From Felis catus (lineage: Eukaryota), in NCBI RefSeq assembly GCF_018350175.1, contig NC_058368.1, forward strand, positions 156,056,001 to 156,120,000: a stretch of DNA of 64,000 bases, given 5' to 3'. Position 1 is the stretch's first letter, and each line of letters begins with the position of its first letter. Of the stretch, positions 27,061 to 40,245 are shown in pieces. The notes under the pieces were generated by a model, which was not told the DNA's origin, made no database searches, and saw only the letters and a program-made list of their open reading frames with translations. A program made the translations under genes and the position numbers.

Positions 27061-27699
27061 GGCACAGCTAATCTTGCTGATGTGAAATACTGAAATTCAC
27101 AGCTACTGTTTGATTTTCCTCAAATAATTTCAACTCTTAATTTCTGTTTTGTCAGTTTCATCTTCAAAACCAAGTTGCTTTTTTAGCTGGTTGATTTAGT
27201 AAAATGCAACTGGCCTCTTTCTTGTAAGAAATGTTTGTCAGAATGACCAGTGACAGGCAAATAACTTTTTAATTTTCAAACATGTAGAAAGCCAATTTCA
27301 AGGTAAACAATCGTCTATTTAAAGGAAAGAAAAATCGCAGGGAATACTTTCAAATGAAAATAGAAAAAGTACAAAGTAGAAAAGAGACACAAGGTGTAAA
27401 AATTCTGGGGGTGGAGAGAGGGCGTGTAAAATGAAGAAGAAAGCATCTAAAATAGAAGCTAAGGGAAGCCATAAAATAAAACGATTCTCAACAAAGCAGA
27501 AGAATGCAATAATTACCTTCAGAGGATTGAAGCTTGAAGAAATAATATAAACATTCAAGACTAAAAGGCAGGAGTAGGAAGGAATTCTAAATTCACAGAC
27601 TTTAAAACTGAGCTGAATGGTTACCACATTAAAAAGATCTTTTATTACATTTTGGATGAGTAATAATACTACTACTCTTGATTTATTGAACATCTTTAT

Positions 27700-27860
27700 G
27701 CCATTGATTCCAAAGTGCTCTGAAAATATCTTGTGACGGATATTATTTCCTTTTAACAGATGGAGAAATTGAGGTTATGTAGAGCTTAAGTGGCTTGTTC
27801 ATTGTCACAATTAATCAATGGTAATATTGAAAATGGAATTTAAAGTTCTCTGCTCTCCAG
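27700..27860 (-). mobile_element. MIR fragment
   Basis: ttttaacagatggagaaattgagg...ttaagtggcttgttca. Confidence 0.65.
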
Positions 27861-30800
27861 TGGAGGAAGTGTTTTCTGTCTCATGCTAAATGATCCCTAA
27901 TTAATTTTTGTAAAAATAATTATGAAAATTATGTCTTGGTTAAGATTCATGCTCCTGTTATATCACTAGTAAAAGCAAAAACACAAAAACAAAAACAAAA
28001 ACAAAAAACAAACAAAAAAACACAACCAAATCCTTAAATATTTTTAGAAAAACCTAACTTGTCATTTAAATAAGACCAGTGCAGACATGGTAAAATTTCA
28101 GCAGCAATCAGCAAATTAAGGGATAAGTTTTTATTTAAAACATTTTAAAGCTTTTCGTGAATCTCTAATCAATGAACTGTCTTCTTAAAGAGTTCTTAGC
28201 AAATCCAACTGGTGTTTTCACAATTAAATAACTAAAAAAATAACCTCAGGTATAGCTAATGACTTCTCAAGCTCAACACCTTTTTGGTGTACTAAGCATT
28301 CATAAGAAGAGAGTGATTTACCAGTTAAACACAAACATGATTACTGAGCGCCTAAGTTGGCACCACAGGACGAATCTACTGACTTTCTAAGGGTTTATTG
28401 ATGGAATCTAGTGTTGATAAATTTTTAAGTGAGAGATCCAACCAGTTATTCAATTACAGACTGACTACAAATAAGTGATCATTTATTGATTGCACCGTCT
28501 ACTGATGCATAGTTATTCATCTGGATCCGACATAAACAAAACAAAACAGTGACATTTAAAGCCACGCTCCTAAAGCAACTCACACCATAGAATTTGTATA
28601 AAAATTACATATTTGGGCTGAATTCCCCAACTATGATAAATGAATCCGACATGAATCACTAGTCACTTTCCCATTTGATATTTTCCTCTTCTCACATCTT
28701 CCATGTTCTCAAATTTTCTATAGTTCCTCAATATCTAATTATAACTCCTGTTTCTTTAATAAGGGTGTCATCTTGACAAAATTATGTTCTGAAAGTATAG
28801 GAAGAGAACAGCATTCTTGAGAAAGTCCACAGACATCCTTGCCTATGTCATCGCACTGTGGACTGGTCCAAATAGTACTTAATTATACCCTACACTGTGC
28901 AAGAAAGCCGCCACAAACAGAATCCTTTTCAGTGTCACTACCTCAGCACGCTGTCTTAGCTAGACCAGTCGTCCTACAGACAAGGTATTACTTAACTCTT
29001 TTAGACACGGTGTATTTAGTGCCATTTGTACAGCAAAAATTCATGAGGGCCCTCCCTCCCTCACTTCTGAATAAGTGCAAACTTGGAGCATGTCATTCAA
29101 TTCTCTGTACAGGTTGGACTTAACACAACTTTCCAATACTAATATACACGAGTGAAGCTGTGCTGTTTTGCTTTTCTTTAAATATATCTTGCCCTTTTTT
29201 CATTACCTTTTGTTTTGCAATGCTGTCTGCCAAAAATGGCTCCTGGCCTGAAACGGCCCCCCCCCCCCTTAAATGTTCCCATCTCTGCACGGCATCCCTT
29301 AATCAACCCATTCATCTCTCCCATTTATTCTGCCTCTGATCTCCCTTACTTCAGTAGAAATATTGCATGATCTCTATGAACTGCATCATTTCTACAGTTC
29401 TACGAACTGTATTAATTTCTATATAGCTATTTGTGTACAAGTCTTAATTTCTCTTACTGGGCTGCAGGCCTCCTGAAGGCAGGCCTCTATCCTGCACACA
29501 AACTGGTATTTCACACTCTGTGGGTACTCAATACATATTTTTTAAATGAATGGGTGCAGGAGAAGAAAAATATTAGAGGAATTACATTACATGGTTGAAT
29601 AGTGAAATAAAATCAAAAGCTGCATGTGCAGTTTACATGGGTGTTGAAACAATTATTGATTGCTCCAAAGATAAGAAGGTAATTTTAGAATATAAATTCA
29701 TTTAAGGCAGGAAGTTTTGTCTATTTTGTTCACTGATGTATTCTACGTACTTAAAAGAATGTCAGGCATACAGTAGGCATTTCATAAATATTCACTGGAT
29801 GAACAAATATATACCAAAAATAAGTTACTTTAAAGGACGCTCTGACTTTTCATATGTTCTTTAGATTTTTACTGACCCACAATTTCATAACATTCCAGTT
29901 AAAGAAATCTAGTCCAGTCTCATTTTCTTAAATATACCTGGCAATGCCTCTAAACAGAGATCTTAAAAAACATATAAAGCCCCCCCATACCCAACATGAG
30001 TTTCGCCTACCAAATACCTGATTACAAAGAGAAAGGCAACTGAACTTGCTTAAAAAGTTAACATGGTTTCAAGTTGACAATGATGAGAGCTATGGTCTCT
30101 TGTTGACCTTGTAAAAGTTCTAACTGAAGTCCATCAGCAGGTTTGAACTTCTCTAGCTCTTGCCCAAGTTTGACTGGGCTGACAAAGTTATGAAGACTGA
30201 AGAGTCCATTAGGTAATGACTAGTCCTGCCAGAATTGATAGTATCACTTTGGATCCACTCTTCACAGCTCTCAGATAAAGCCGCCCTGAGATCTTAGGCT
30301 TAGCCTTCTGAAACACAGCACACACAGCCACACCCAGCAAGAGTAAAGAAAACTAGGGGCTGGGGATGGACGGGATTGAGTGCATCCTGCTAGTTCTCAA
30401 GGAAACTTTTCCAAATCAGAAAATGCAAAGTCATGTATCATTCAACACCGGAGAAGAACCACGACAATTCAGAAAGCAAAGATGAAAACTATAATCAAAT
30501 TCTGCTACCTGAGCGGTACATTGCCTAAAGCACCAACGACAAAACACAAACCCCTAATCAAGAAGTCAGCATGCCATTTAGGACAAGGGTAGATCAAGTG
30601 TAGTGTCAACATAGCTACAAAGTCAAACCAAGCGCAATAGTGAGTGCTGACAACATTCTTTTGTTTCTTATCTTTCTTTCTGATTAGCAGACTTGGGCAA
30701 GGTGGCATAACAAGGCTCACAAAAAGTAAATGTACGTGTATGTGTGCCTATGTATGAGCTTATGTGTGTGTATTTAAATACTAACTGCTATTTAAAATTC

Positions 30801-31322
30801 ATCTCTGATAAGTTTTTCAGTAAGCCTTCATTGATGGCCACATCCACCCTCTGTAGATCCTTGCTCCTTGGCAATCAATAAACGCAAACAAAGACCAAAT
30901 ACCGTATATGATTAAGATCTGTTTCTGTGTCTCCTGCTTTGGACTGCAGGCTCTTTGAAGACAGTGACATGTCCTACTCACTTCTGCATCCCACAGTAGT
31001 GGTAGTACCACTGGTAACAACCTACCAGATGTTTCACAAACCACGAAGAGAGTAACAGAAGCTTTTGATCTAGAAATCCTAATTCTAGCCGTGGAGGCCT
31101 GCAGCCTGGTGCTATGGGCAATACCCAGGGAAACTGCCCCACAATCTTCTGTTCTGCTTCTCCTCTGGGGTCATCCTTGGCCTTGAGGGCCCACAGGCCA
31201 ATCCCACATATCTATGAGGTTATGTCCTATCCAGAATTTCAGGCTTTCATTTGTCCAGAAAAGGAATTGGCACAGGCCCCAATTTACTAGCCTTGTGTGC
31301 TCTGTAAAATAATTTATTTTCA

Positions 31323-31532
31323 GGGGCGCCTGGGTGGCCAGTCGGTTGGGCATCTGACTTCAGCTCAGGTCATGATCTCACAGCTCGTGAGTTCGAGCCC
31401 CGCATCGGGCTCTGTGCTGACAGCTCGGAGCCTGGAGCCTGCTTCCGATTCTGTGTCTCCCTCTCTCTCTGACCCTCCCCCGCTCAGGCTCTGTCTCCTT
31501 CAAAAATAAATACACATTAAAAAAATTTTTTT
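31323..31532 (+). mobile_element. Can-SINE (SINEC_Fc-type)
   Basis: ggggcgcctgggtggccagtcgg head; TSD aaataatttattttc. Confidence 0.95.
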
Positions 31533-31544
31533 AAATAATTTATT

Positions 31545-31695
31545 TTCTCTGAGCCTCAGTTTCCTCATATGGTAGGTAGGGTAACAACACCTATACCTCA
31601 AATGATTGTCATGAAGATGAAATGAGATAATGTCTATGAGGCCTCCCCTATCAGTGTCTGGTACATAGCAACAACTCAATAAATGGTGGCTATTG
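31545..31695 (+). mobile_element. MIR
   Basis: tctctgagcctcagtttcctcat...aaatgagataatg...ctcaataaatgg. Confidence 0.8.
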
Positions 31696-34165
31696 TTAAA
31701 CCACTTCTACTAACATTGCCTCTAGCTACAAATCTTACATAGCTAGGTCTTCAGATGACTCTTAACTAGAATTATAATACACGCCAGCCTTCGCAGACAC
31801 ATCTAAAGGTCTGCAATGTTATCCTGAAATAAATCAGCACTTTACTAGATGCTTAAAAGCAAGCAAACATTTCTTCCTGAACCCTGACGTGCCAGATTTT
31901 GTATCTTCACTAATTACCATTTTATGAATAAAAATGGGCAACTAATTCAGCTGCTGTATCTTCCTTGTGTTTGGAAAACAAATATAATTATTCTGAGGCA
32001 CAGAGTTACATGCTCAACAGCTTATTTGTCAAATAAGGACTTGAAAAAAATGTACTTTATCTTCGCACAAGAATCCTCTGTACTGTTCATGTTAAAATTT
32101 CAAGTGCTTGACAAATGATGAGCCAAAACAGGGTTCTTTTCCTCTCAAAAATATATTTAGAAGCCAAAGAAAATTATCGTATTAAGGACAACTTCACTCT
32201 CAGTGTCTTAATGAAAGAATTTATGAAACATCAATTTCCTACTCACTGTATTTCTAGAAATGTGCACTAAATCTAAACATTTAGTAGTCATCACGAAATG
32301 AATTAAAAAAAAAAATTATCCTACTGCTAGTTCTGGGCTGTGTCACGAGGCCAAATGGTAACTCAGCCTGTCATCATGGTCCTAGGGTTACTACTACAGG
32401 GGTCCTTCAGACATTTTGAGACATTCCTGTCCTGGGGGTGTGGGGTCAGGAACCCGGCATGGATCCTCCTGAGCAGGGTCCTACTGAAGGACAAGTTCAC
32501 AGTCTCATCCTCTTTAACCAACATCAGAGAGGAAGGTTTAAAGGATGTGGACATGCCTATTCCTCCTGCTCCCTTGTTAAGGTTGTCTTCTGGGGGAAAA
32601 GACTAATTGCCCTTGGATCAGCCAAATTCTGCTTTCACCAACAGTTTCTAGAAGGTGGCATGGTACCTGACACGATGGGAAGTGAGGGAGCAGTGGCTGG
32701 AAACAGGACCTGAAACAGTGAGCCCACAGGTAGCGACTAATCTCATAGCAGTCTATAGCAATCGTCAACCACCCCACAGACGTGAATCATCACTTCAGGA
32801 GGTTTTTTTTTCTCATCTCCAATTTGCATTCATCTCCTAATAAAAACGTTAAAAAATAGGATTCCTGTAAAAATGTTAAAAAATAGGATTAGGGTTATTT
32901 TTAAGAAAAAGTTCTAAAAATTAGAACTCTCACCAAGCTCAATTTCAAATAGACATTCAGATGTACTCATATGATGTCTACAATAAAGGGATCGAGGCCA
33001 AGGAATATAGACACTGGAAGAAACTTCAGAGTTGGAGAAATCAGGGGTCTATTTAGCTAATCTGAATAGACATGTTTATCTACAGGTCTAGTTGCAAGCC
33101 TTCTTAATGCACACCTATTTGGGTAGAAATGTAGCACAAAACCTGGGATGCTTTCCCATTTTCCCTTTGGTTTTATCTGCCCATAAACAAACACACATAC
33201 GTTTGAAATGTGAAAAAAGCTTAAATTCTGTAGCAGCTTTTGTAAAAATAATGGAAACTTTTGTAAAAACAGCTTTAAACACCCTGTTTGCCAAGTCAAA
33301 CAATGTGCCAATTCTGTGAAAGCTGCTACAGGTTTTATGCTCGTCAAGAGTTGTAGAACCTGGACTGTCTGTCACCAGAGATTATTTAAATATAAGAATA
33401 ATTACACTTTTATCAGCCGCATCTTAAGATTGTATTAAGGCTTCCGAATTAAAGGTCCACCCCAGACTTGAGCTGCACTGGGCAGTAAATCACGCTCACG
33501 GAGGCAGCTCCCAGTGTAAGGGTGTGATGCTGGTTAACCCTCATCCCCCTTTCTTGACCTAGTGAAATTAGGGACTTTCTGTTGTTGCAGATGGGATTTA
33601 AGGCCTATATCCTCATCCTTCTGTCTTGTTCTGTACCCTTTTGGGTAACAGTGTGTTTGAAAAGGTCATTGGCTGAGAACAGGATTGCTCATAGTGGAGT
33701 TATTTTCTGTAACTATCTTTTCAGATGTTTTCAGTTGCTTGCTAAAAACAATACCGCAGAAGACACAAGAATTTTCATTATTTCTCAGACAACTCTAATA
33801 ATGTAAACATGCTTGCAGGAAAAGAGAAGAATGACCATTGTACTAAAGAAAGGAAGAACGACTCTCTTTTGAACTTTGGTGGAGACCCTGACATATGTAA
33901 GTGAATGAATAAAATAACAAATGAAGCAGTATTTGCTGAAAGATACTCAAAATGACAGCTATTTTATATTTATTATTGATCTACAGTCTTGGAACTTAAC
34001 ATGGTACAGTGAGACAAAAGCCACTATCTTATTTGACTGTGTCATTTTTCTGTTAAAATAGTAATAATAAATCAATGGTATACAAAGGGAAGGGAGGTAG
34101 GAGAAGCCGGCCTCAAGGTCAGGCAGTAGGAAGACACATTTTTGGTAAAGGATTTAAAAACCCTT

Positions 34166-34270
34166 GCAGTGCCTGGCTGGCTCAGGTGATGGAGCATGAG
34201 ACTTGATCTCGGAGTTGTGAGTTTGAGCCCCACAGTAGGTGTAGAGATTACTTAAAAAATAAATAAAAAT
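34166..34270 (+). mobile_element. short old Can-SINE
   Basis: gtgcctggctggctcag...gtagagattacttaaaaa. Confidence 0.85.
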
Positions 34271-34272
34271 TT

Positions 34273-34510
34273 GGGGGCACCTGGGTGGCTAAGTTGGTTG
34301 AGCATCTGACTCTTGATTTCAACCAAGGTCATGATATCAGGGTCATGAGATAGACAGCCCTGCATTGGGCTTTGTGCTGGAAGTGAAACTTGCTTTAGAT
34401 TTACCTTCCCTCTTCCAACTTGCATGCATATGCAGACTATCTCAATAAATAAACAAACAAACAAATATTCTTAAAATAAAAATTAAAAAAATTTTTTAAT
34501 TAAAAAATAA
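34273..34510 (+). mobile_element. Can-SINE inserted in the tail of the preceding SINE
   Basis: gggggcacctgggtggctaagttggttgag head; outer TSD taaaaaccct brackets both SINEs. Confidence 0.9.
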
Positions 34511-34686
34511 AAATAAAAACCCTAACAAAAAAAACTAACAAAAACCCTGTTTTTTTACTATCACCATGTCCTAGGAATTCTAAACAACATCAGTAATAAA
34601 TACTCCTCCTTAAAAAAAAAAAAATGTTATAAGTCTAAGTTCTCAACAACTGCTGTAATGGTTACAGTTGAATTTTAGTACTATTT

Positions 34687-34797
34687 TAAGTTTATGTATT
34701 TAAGTAATCTTTACACCCAACGTGGAGCTCGATTCAGAGTCAAGATTTGGGCAGATTAAGAGTCACTTGCTCTTCCGACTGAGCCAGCCAGGTGCCC
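34687..34797 (-). mobile_element. short old Can-SINE
   Basis: taagtaatctttacacccaacgtgg...gactgagccagccaggtgccc; TSD attttagtactattt. Confidence 0.9.
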
Positions 34798-34819
34798 TGC
34801 ATTTTAGTACTATTTATGC

Positions 34820-35501
34820 AAGCTTCAAATTAGCACAGTTTTATTACTTATCCTTTAATAAACATTTTATTCTACATGGAAAATAATTCAGAGAACTTAA
34901 TGTTTCATGGCCAGCTCAGATATATGCAGACTCAGCTGCACGGTGATTGCAAGACTATGTTCAAAAGTAAGATTACAACCACTCCAAACTCTGCTACTGG
35001 CTTCAAGTGCAGCTGATGTCTCCAACTCCTGTTCTATGACATACTCCAGTGTTTAAATAGTAGGTTTGAAATAACTGATGATAGCACACCGGGATAAAGA
35101 CAAAGAAAGAGAACTTGAGTTACTTTAATCTCTTCTTCTGTATGATCACTTGGAGTAGTTCTCATTTGTGTTGAAATTTTTAAAATTTAAAGAATAAAAA
35201 TGTTTTTTTTTTTCTAAAAAAATCAATGTCATTATAAGATGTAAGTCAATTACTCTTTTTCTTTTTGGTACTGAAATATTTATTTTATTATTTATCATTT
35301 TTATTGATAAAAATGACTACATGCTCAAAGTTCAATGAAAGAAAATTTTCACTATGTATGTCCCCCTCCCCCAGACATCATCATCATCACTGTTATTATT
35401 CATTTTGCTTTATGATTGTTGCTGAAAATAATTTTGTGGTGTAGAATGGGGGTGTTAAGCATGATCTGCTCCAGGTGTCAAATATGCTCAGTATGTCACT
35501 G
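34820..35501 (-). mobile_element. Arthur1-like hAT-Tip100 DNA transposon fragment (left boundary uncertain)
   Basis: Right end atgatctgctccaggtgtcaaatatgctcagtatgtcactg and the preceding ~400 bp match the reverse of the Arthur1 terminus as I recall it. Confidence 0.65.
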
Positions 35502-36780
35502 ACTTAAATAGGAGCTTTATGCAATTTACTGATGTCATTAGTTTCTTCTTTTCTTCCATAGTGTAGTTATGATAAAAATGCACAATTTAGGAGACTGGGA
35601 GAAAATGCTGATCTCTTCAAGTTATCATCAGCTCAGAGGAAGCCAAGATTAAAAATGCCTAGAATTTTGAAGGCAGTGTTTATTTGTGTGGGATTTAAGC
35701 ACTCTTCCCTTTTGGAACTGAAAGAACTCATTTGAACTACCATAGGAAATTTCTGTACTGTATTTTTGAGGTTCCAGGTTATTTATTTGCTCACTTTGTT
35801 ACCGCCTTTCTTTTTCCCCTCCTTTCTCACATCTCATTCATGTAGATTTTTGTTGCTTGTATATTAGAAGGAAGTGAGGAGGGTTCTGAATCCACAGAGA
35901 TGCCAAGATCAGATTTCTTTGAGGATTTTAGTTTTTGAATTGATGATGTGCCTCCTTCCAGAAAGTACCAGCAGTGAGATTCCTTTGAATATGTTCATAT
36001 TGTATTTGAGCAGCTGGAGAATCAGCTGGCAAGGTAGTTATGAAGATATAAAAATGTCTCAACACATAGAAATATTTGGTATGACCCAAGCTTTCCTTTT
36101 TCATCAGCTGTGAGGGTATGCAACAGGGTAAGGTAACGTCCAAAGCACACTGTGTGGATATGAGTGATAAGCAGGTTACCGAGATGTATAAACTCACTAC
36201 CTTCTCTTCAGCATCTTGCACATCACTTAGAAAGCAAAAGGCTTTATTTTTGTTTGCTTCCATTCCATTTTAAGAGCATTTTCTTTTTTTTTCTACATAA
36301 CTGATCCAGTTCCATAAAAGTTAACCTATAACATTTCCTAAGGATTGGACACAGGCTGGATAGCTTTGGATTCATTCTTATATTTAATGTGTATACATGT
36401 AAATCCTTCTTCGTTCAGGTTTATATATAGTGTTACGCATATTCACGCCTATTCACTTGTTAAGGTGAATTCTACGCTCCCTCATAATTTGGAATTTCTA
36501 ATGTGAATTTTATTTCGACACTTAAAAGTTTAATACTGAAGGCAGAGATACAGTGCTAATAATAATTATGAAAGTTTAAATGGCTTTTGGGAGCTTAAGT
36601 AAAAGGAGATAATTTATTTTTGAAATGTATTAGAATAAGGAACAGTGTCAGCATTCATGAGTTCCTTAACTAGAGCCATTAACTATTTCAGCTTGTCTTG
36701 GTAAAAATTACTAAACATTTGTATCTGTTTCTCATCTGAGAAATGAGGGCACATACCTAAGACAAAATCAACTGATTTTT

Positions 36781-37015
36781 TTTTTTAATTTTTTTTTTAA
36801 TTTTTTTTTCAACGTTTATTTATTTTTGGAACAGAGAGAGACAGAGCATGAACGGGGGAGGGGCAGAGAGAGAGGGAGACACAGAATCGGAAACAGGCTC
36901 CAGGCTCTGAGCCATCATCAGCCCAGAGCCTGACGCGGGGCTCGAACTCACGGACCGCGAGATCGTGACCTGGCTGAAGTCGGACGCTTAACCGAATGCG
37001 CCACCCAGGCGCCCC
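36781..37015 (-). mobile_element. very young SINEC_Fc copy
   Basis: Near-consensus with CpGs intact, long T tail, perfect TSD aaaatcaactgattttt (36764-36780 and 37016-37032). Confidence 0.97.
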
Positions 37016-37117
37016 AAAATCAACTGATTTTTAATGGACAAGTGACTTAGACAAAATTATTGAATTATTTTTAGTAACTTAAATTATTAAATAGGGGAAA
37101 TTATTGAATAGAAGAAA

Positions 37118-37222
37118 ATATATATTTATATATGTATTGTTATATATATTACATATATAATATTTATAAATGTTATATATATTATATATATTCTATATAT
37201 AATTTATATATATATATATATA
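37118..37222. repeat. TA-rich low-complexity tract
   Basis: Degenerate (TA)n. Confidence 0.9.
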
Positions 37223-37896
37223 ATTCCTCTAAGACTCCTTGTTATATTTTGCAAATGGAAAAGCATAATTTTAAGGATTTAATTGGCAAAATTGGTATGC
37301 TTACCAAATGCTTATTTGGTAAGGTATTATATATCTTAACCAGTTTTACACATATTAGGAGGTGATGAGAAATATTTAATATGTATAATATATTTCAAAA
37401 TAATTTAAATGTTGGGATAAAAGATGCCATATAGTAAGGTAGTATAATCCCTCTCTTCCGCTCTGAAGATTCAAATTTAATATCTTTGTAAAGGTGTATA
37501 TTCCTAACCTTGGTTTAATCATGTTAAAATGATACATTCTTGTTATTTGTTTTTATATTAACAGGCATTTCCTAAGAAATAGCTCCCAAATTTTATATAT
37601 TTTTAAGTTGTAATTTGATCTTAGCCAATTGTTCCATTACTAATACACATTAAAATTTACTGAATTAAGTTCATTGACTATCAAATTTTAAGAAAATTAA
37701 GTAGGTCGTGTATGCAGAGTTGTCAAAAATGAGATGGTAATTGATAAATTTCAGTTTGTATTTTAAAGGCAATGAAAACATATCTTGCTAGACACATGCT
37801 GTTTTGCAACAGGAAACCATATTAATTTATCAATACTAAAATTCATATAAAACTTCCCAAAATCTGAAATGAATAGCGAGATCTGCTTATATTTAC

Positions 37897-38061
37897 CTTT
37901 CTAAAGGATAAGGATCCAAAGCCATGACTCCACAAAATGATGACTATGTATTTCAGAAGAACTTATCCATGTTCTTTCAACTTTTCTGTGATAGGTGGAC
38001 AAGAAAGGGAGCAACTTTTCTGTTACCATCGGGCAAGAACACAATTGACAAGTAGTCCATT
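37897..38061 (-). other. candidate 165-nt non-coding or poison exon
   Basis: ~45-nt pyrimidine tract ending ccccctag|AATG; donor AAG|gtaaat; stop codons in all three frames. Confidence 0.35.
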
Positions 38062-39265
38062 CTAGGGGGAGGGAGAAACAAAGAGGACAGGGGAATAAAA
38101 AGGGAGAGCAGTCGATGCTCCCTACTTTGCTAGATTGTCCATGCAACTCAGCTGCCATGGGCTGAGCTGAAATTCACCAGTCTTCCAGAGAGACAGATTT
38201 TATTTTTTTATTGAGGATTAGTAAGCGAATGATAGAAAATGCTTAAGAAACATGACGTGGTTACACCGCATACTGAATCACAGAGTTCTTATGACCTTCT
38301 TTATCACTAATAATTGTGTACAGCCTATTCCACTTTGAACCACTCCCTGAATTTGAGAAGGAGTTATTGCCACCTTCTGCTGAATTCCCACTCAGCAGGG
38401 AAGGCTGCTGACTACCTGTTACACGAGGCTGATAAGCAACATGAATTTACAGCTGTGCCCTTGAGAAGCGCACCGTCTATGTGAGGAGACGGACTTGCAC
38501 GGGGAAAACAGAAAGCATTATGAAATGGGGAACACAGGTGTAGGGACTAAGTGCTTAAAGTATTCGGAGAGGAGAGTGATTTCTTCAGCCAGAAGTTATC
38601 ATGGTAAATTTCAAGCAAGAAGGGGCCATGTGAGTGTGTGTTCAAGAGTGTTTTGCTTACTATGTGTAAAAATGACAAGGATTTTAGTGAAATGGCCAAA
38701 TAAAATCAAACATAATGAAAACACATTATGACCAAATTATGCTGATTACATCTAATACGTTTTCACAAGGAAAGCCGATCATAAACCAGGTTTTGATTCT
38801 GTCTCCCCTAAAGCGAACATTAAGACAAAGTGGCCTCCTTTTAGATATGAATCATTAGAACAGTTCCCAAACTCTGTAACATGAATGACATTTGTAAGCC
38901 AGAACTCTGAATGCTGTATTTCACAGAATGCACTTGTAACTGTAAGGCATGAAAGGTGATTGTTCATTTTATCTTATTAGAAGCTTCCCTGGCCTCATAG
39001 CAGTGCTCACCTGGCCCCCACTTCACGCTCGAGTCATGCAGATTGGAGTTGACTCTCAATTACACCAAGTCTTTCTCCAAAGATGACAGTCCAAATACAG
39101 TAGAGATAAAATACATCAAGGTTTAAAATAGGCCCGTTCAGCCCCAGTGCCGCTTCATCATGAAATGATATAATTCACTGATGCCTCTGCCTAGCCTAAC
39201 ATATGTTCTATTCACAGCTCGCGTCACTCTTCATTTGTAATTATTTCCCTTTTTTTTTTTCTTAC

Positions 39266-39302
39266 CCCATCTTGTAATACTTTGCTTGGTTGAAGACAAA
39301 TA
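39266..39302 (-). other. candidate 37-nt exon
   Basis: tactctttgcctctcag|TATTTG...GATGGG|gtaaga; all three frames open. Confidence 0.35.
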
Positions 39303-40245
39303 CTGAGAGGCAAAGAGTATTATCGTATGATGACCTGTTCCAGGGTGTTAAACCCCTGTCAAGGTTTGATTTTAACATGGAGTATTGATGACAGTACATC
39401 AATTCAGGCATCATGTCCTGAATTAGACTATATTAATTATCACTTGAGAGCAATATGCATGAAAATGCTGTTTCATTGACTAAAAGGATCTGACTGAATA
39501 AAAATCCATTTCTCATCTGGTTGCTTATGGATAAAGACATTTTTTTCTCCTTGCCTTGGATTGCTCTTTATTAAATATGATTTTTATATGATTGTATGAA
39601 TAAATTGTCTTACCCAACAACAGAACTGGATAGTTTTAACAAAGAAAATTTAATGGGTTGTCTACTCTTGGCATGTCTCTAACAATGTATTTACAGTTCA
39701 TAATTTAGGCATAGTATTTACAACAATAACTGCCGAAAAAAAAAAAGTTCTTATTTTCAGCATGCCCTACCTAACTTGAGAACCCAACTCTGAGAAAGAA
39801 GTATTTTCAAATTGTTGCCTCCTTCATTTAAAGGAAGTGAAAGTTGTAATTCACAGTTATTTTCAGATGCTAGAAGAGCAGGGGATTCTGTTGGCTCACA
39901 ACCACACTTAAAAGTAAAACTCAGTACTACTCTTACCATTTGTAAAAAGCACCTTCACATCAATTGTTTCAATAGCAGACAAAGTTAAAATTACTTGTAA
40001 GTTCATCAAACACACAATTTGCTAGGGACATACTCTGATAACAAAAAAGCAAAACAAATGAAGCCTAACTTGTACTACACAAAACTTTTACTACTGCTCA
40101 CGGTTTCTATTTAGTTCTAATAGAAGAAACAGCATCTTGGGCTTAAAAAAGAATTTTCTAAATCTTAAGTTACAATGTATCTTAAGATTTTTTCCAATAA
40201 TACCTCAAAATGAAAGTATAAGCCTAAAGTTAAAATATAAAATTA

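Noticed and set aside
29373..29426. ~26-bp imperfect tandem duplication
   Set aside because: Two diverged copies beside an L2 remnant; ordinary slippage.
33307..33328. miR-15/16/195-like sequence TAGCAGCtttcacagaattggc on the minus strand
   Set aside because: Seed position 8 differs from the family, the 3-prime half is unpaired, and the 78-nt loop is too long for a pre-miRNA.
35868..36044. Plus-strand protein-like reading (EGSEEGSESTEMPRSDFFEDFSF*...EQLENQLAR)
   Set aside because: Two in-frame stops and no recognisable parent gene, poly(A) tail or TSD, so a pseudogene call is not supported.
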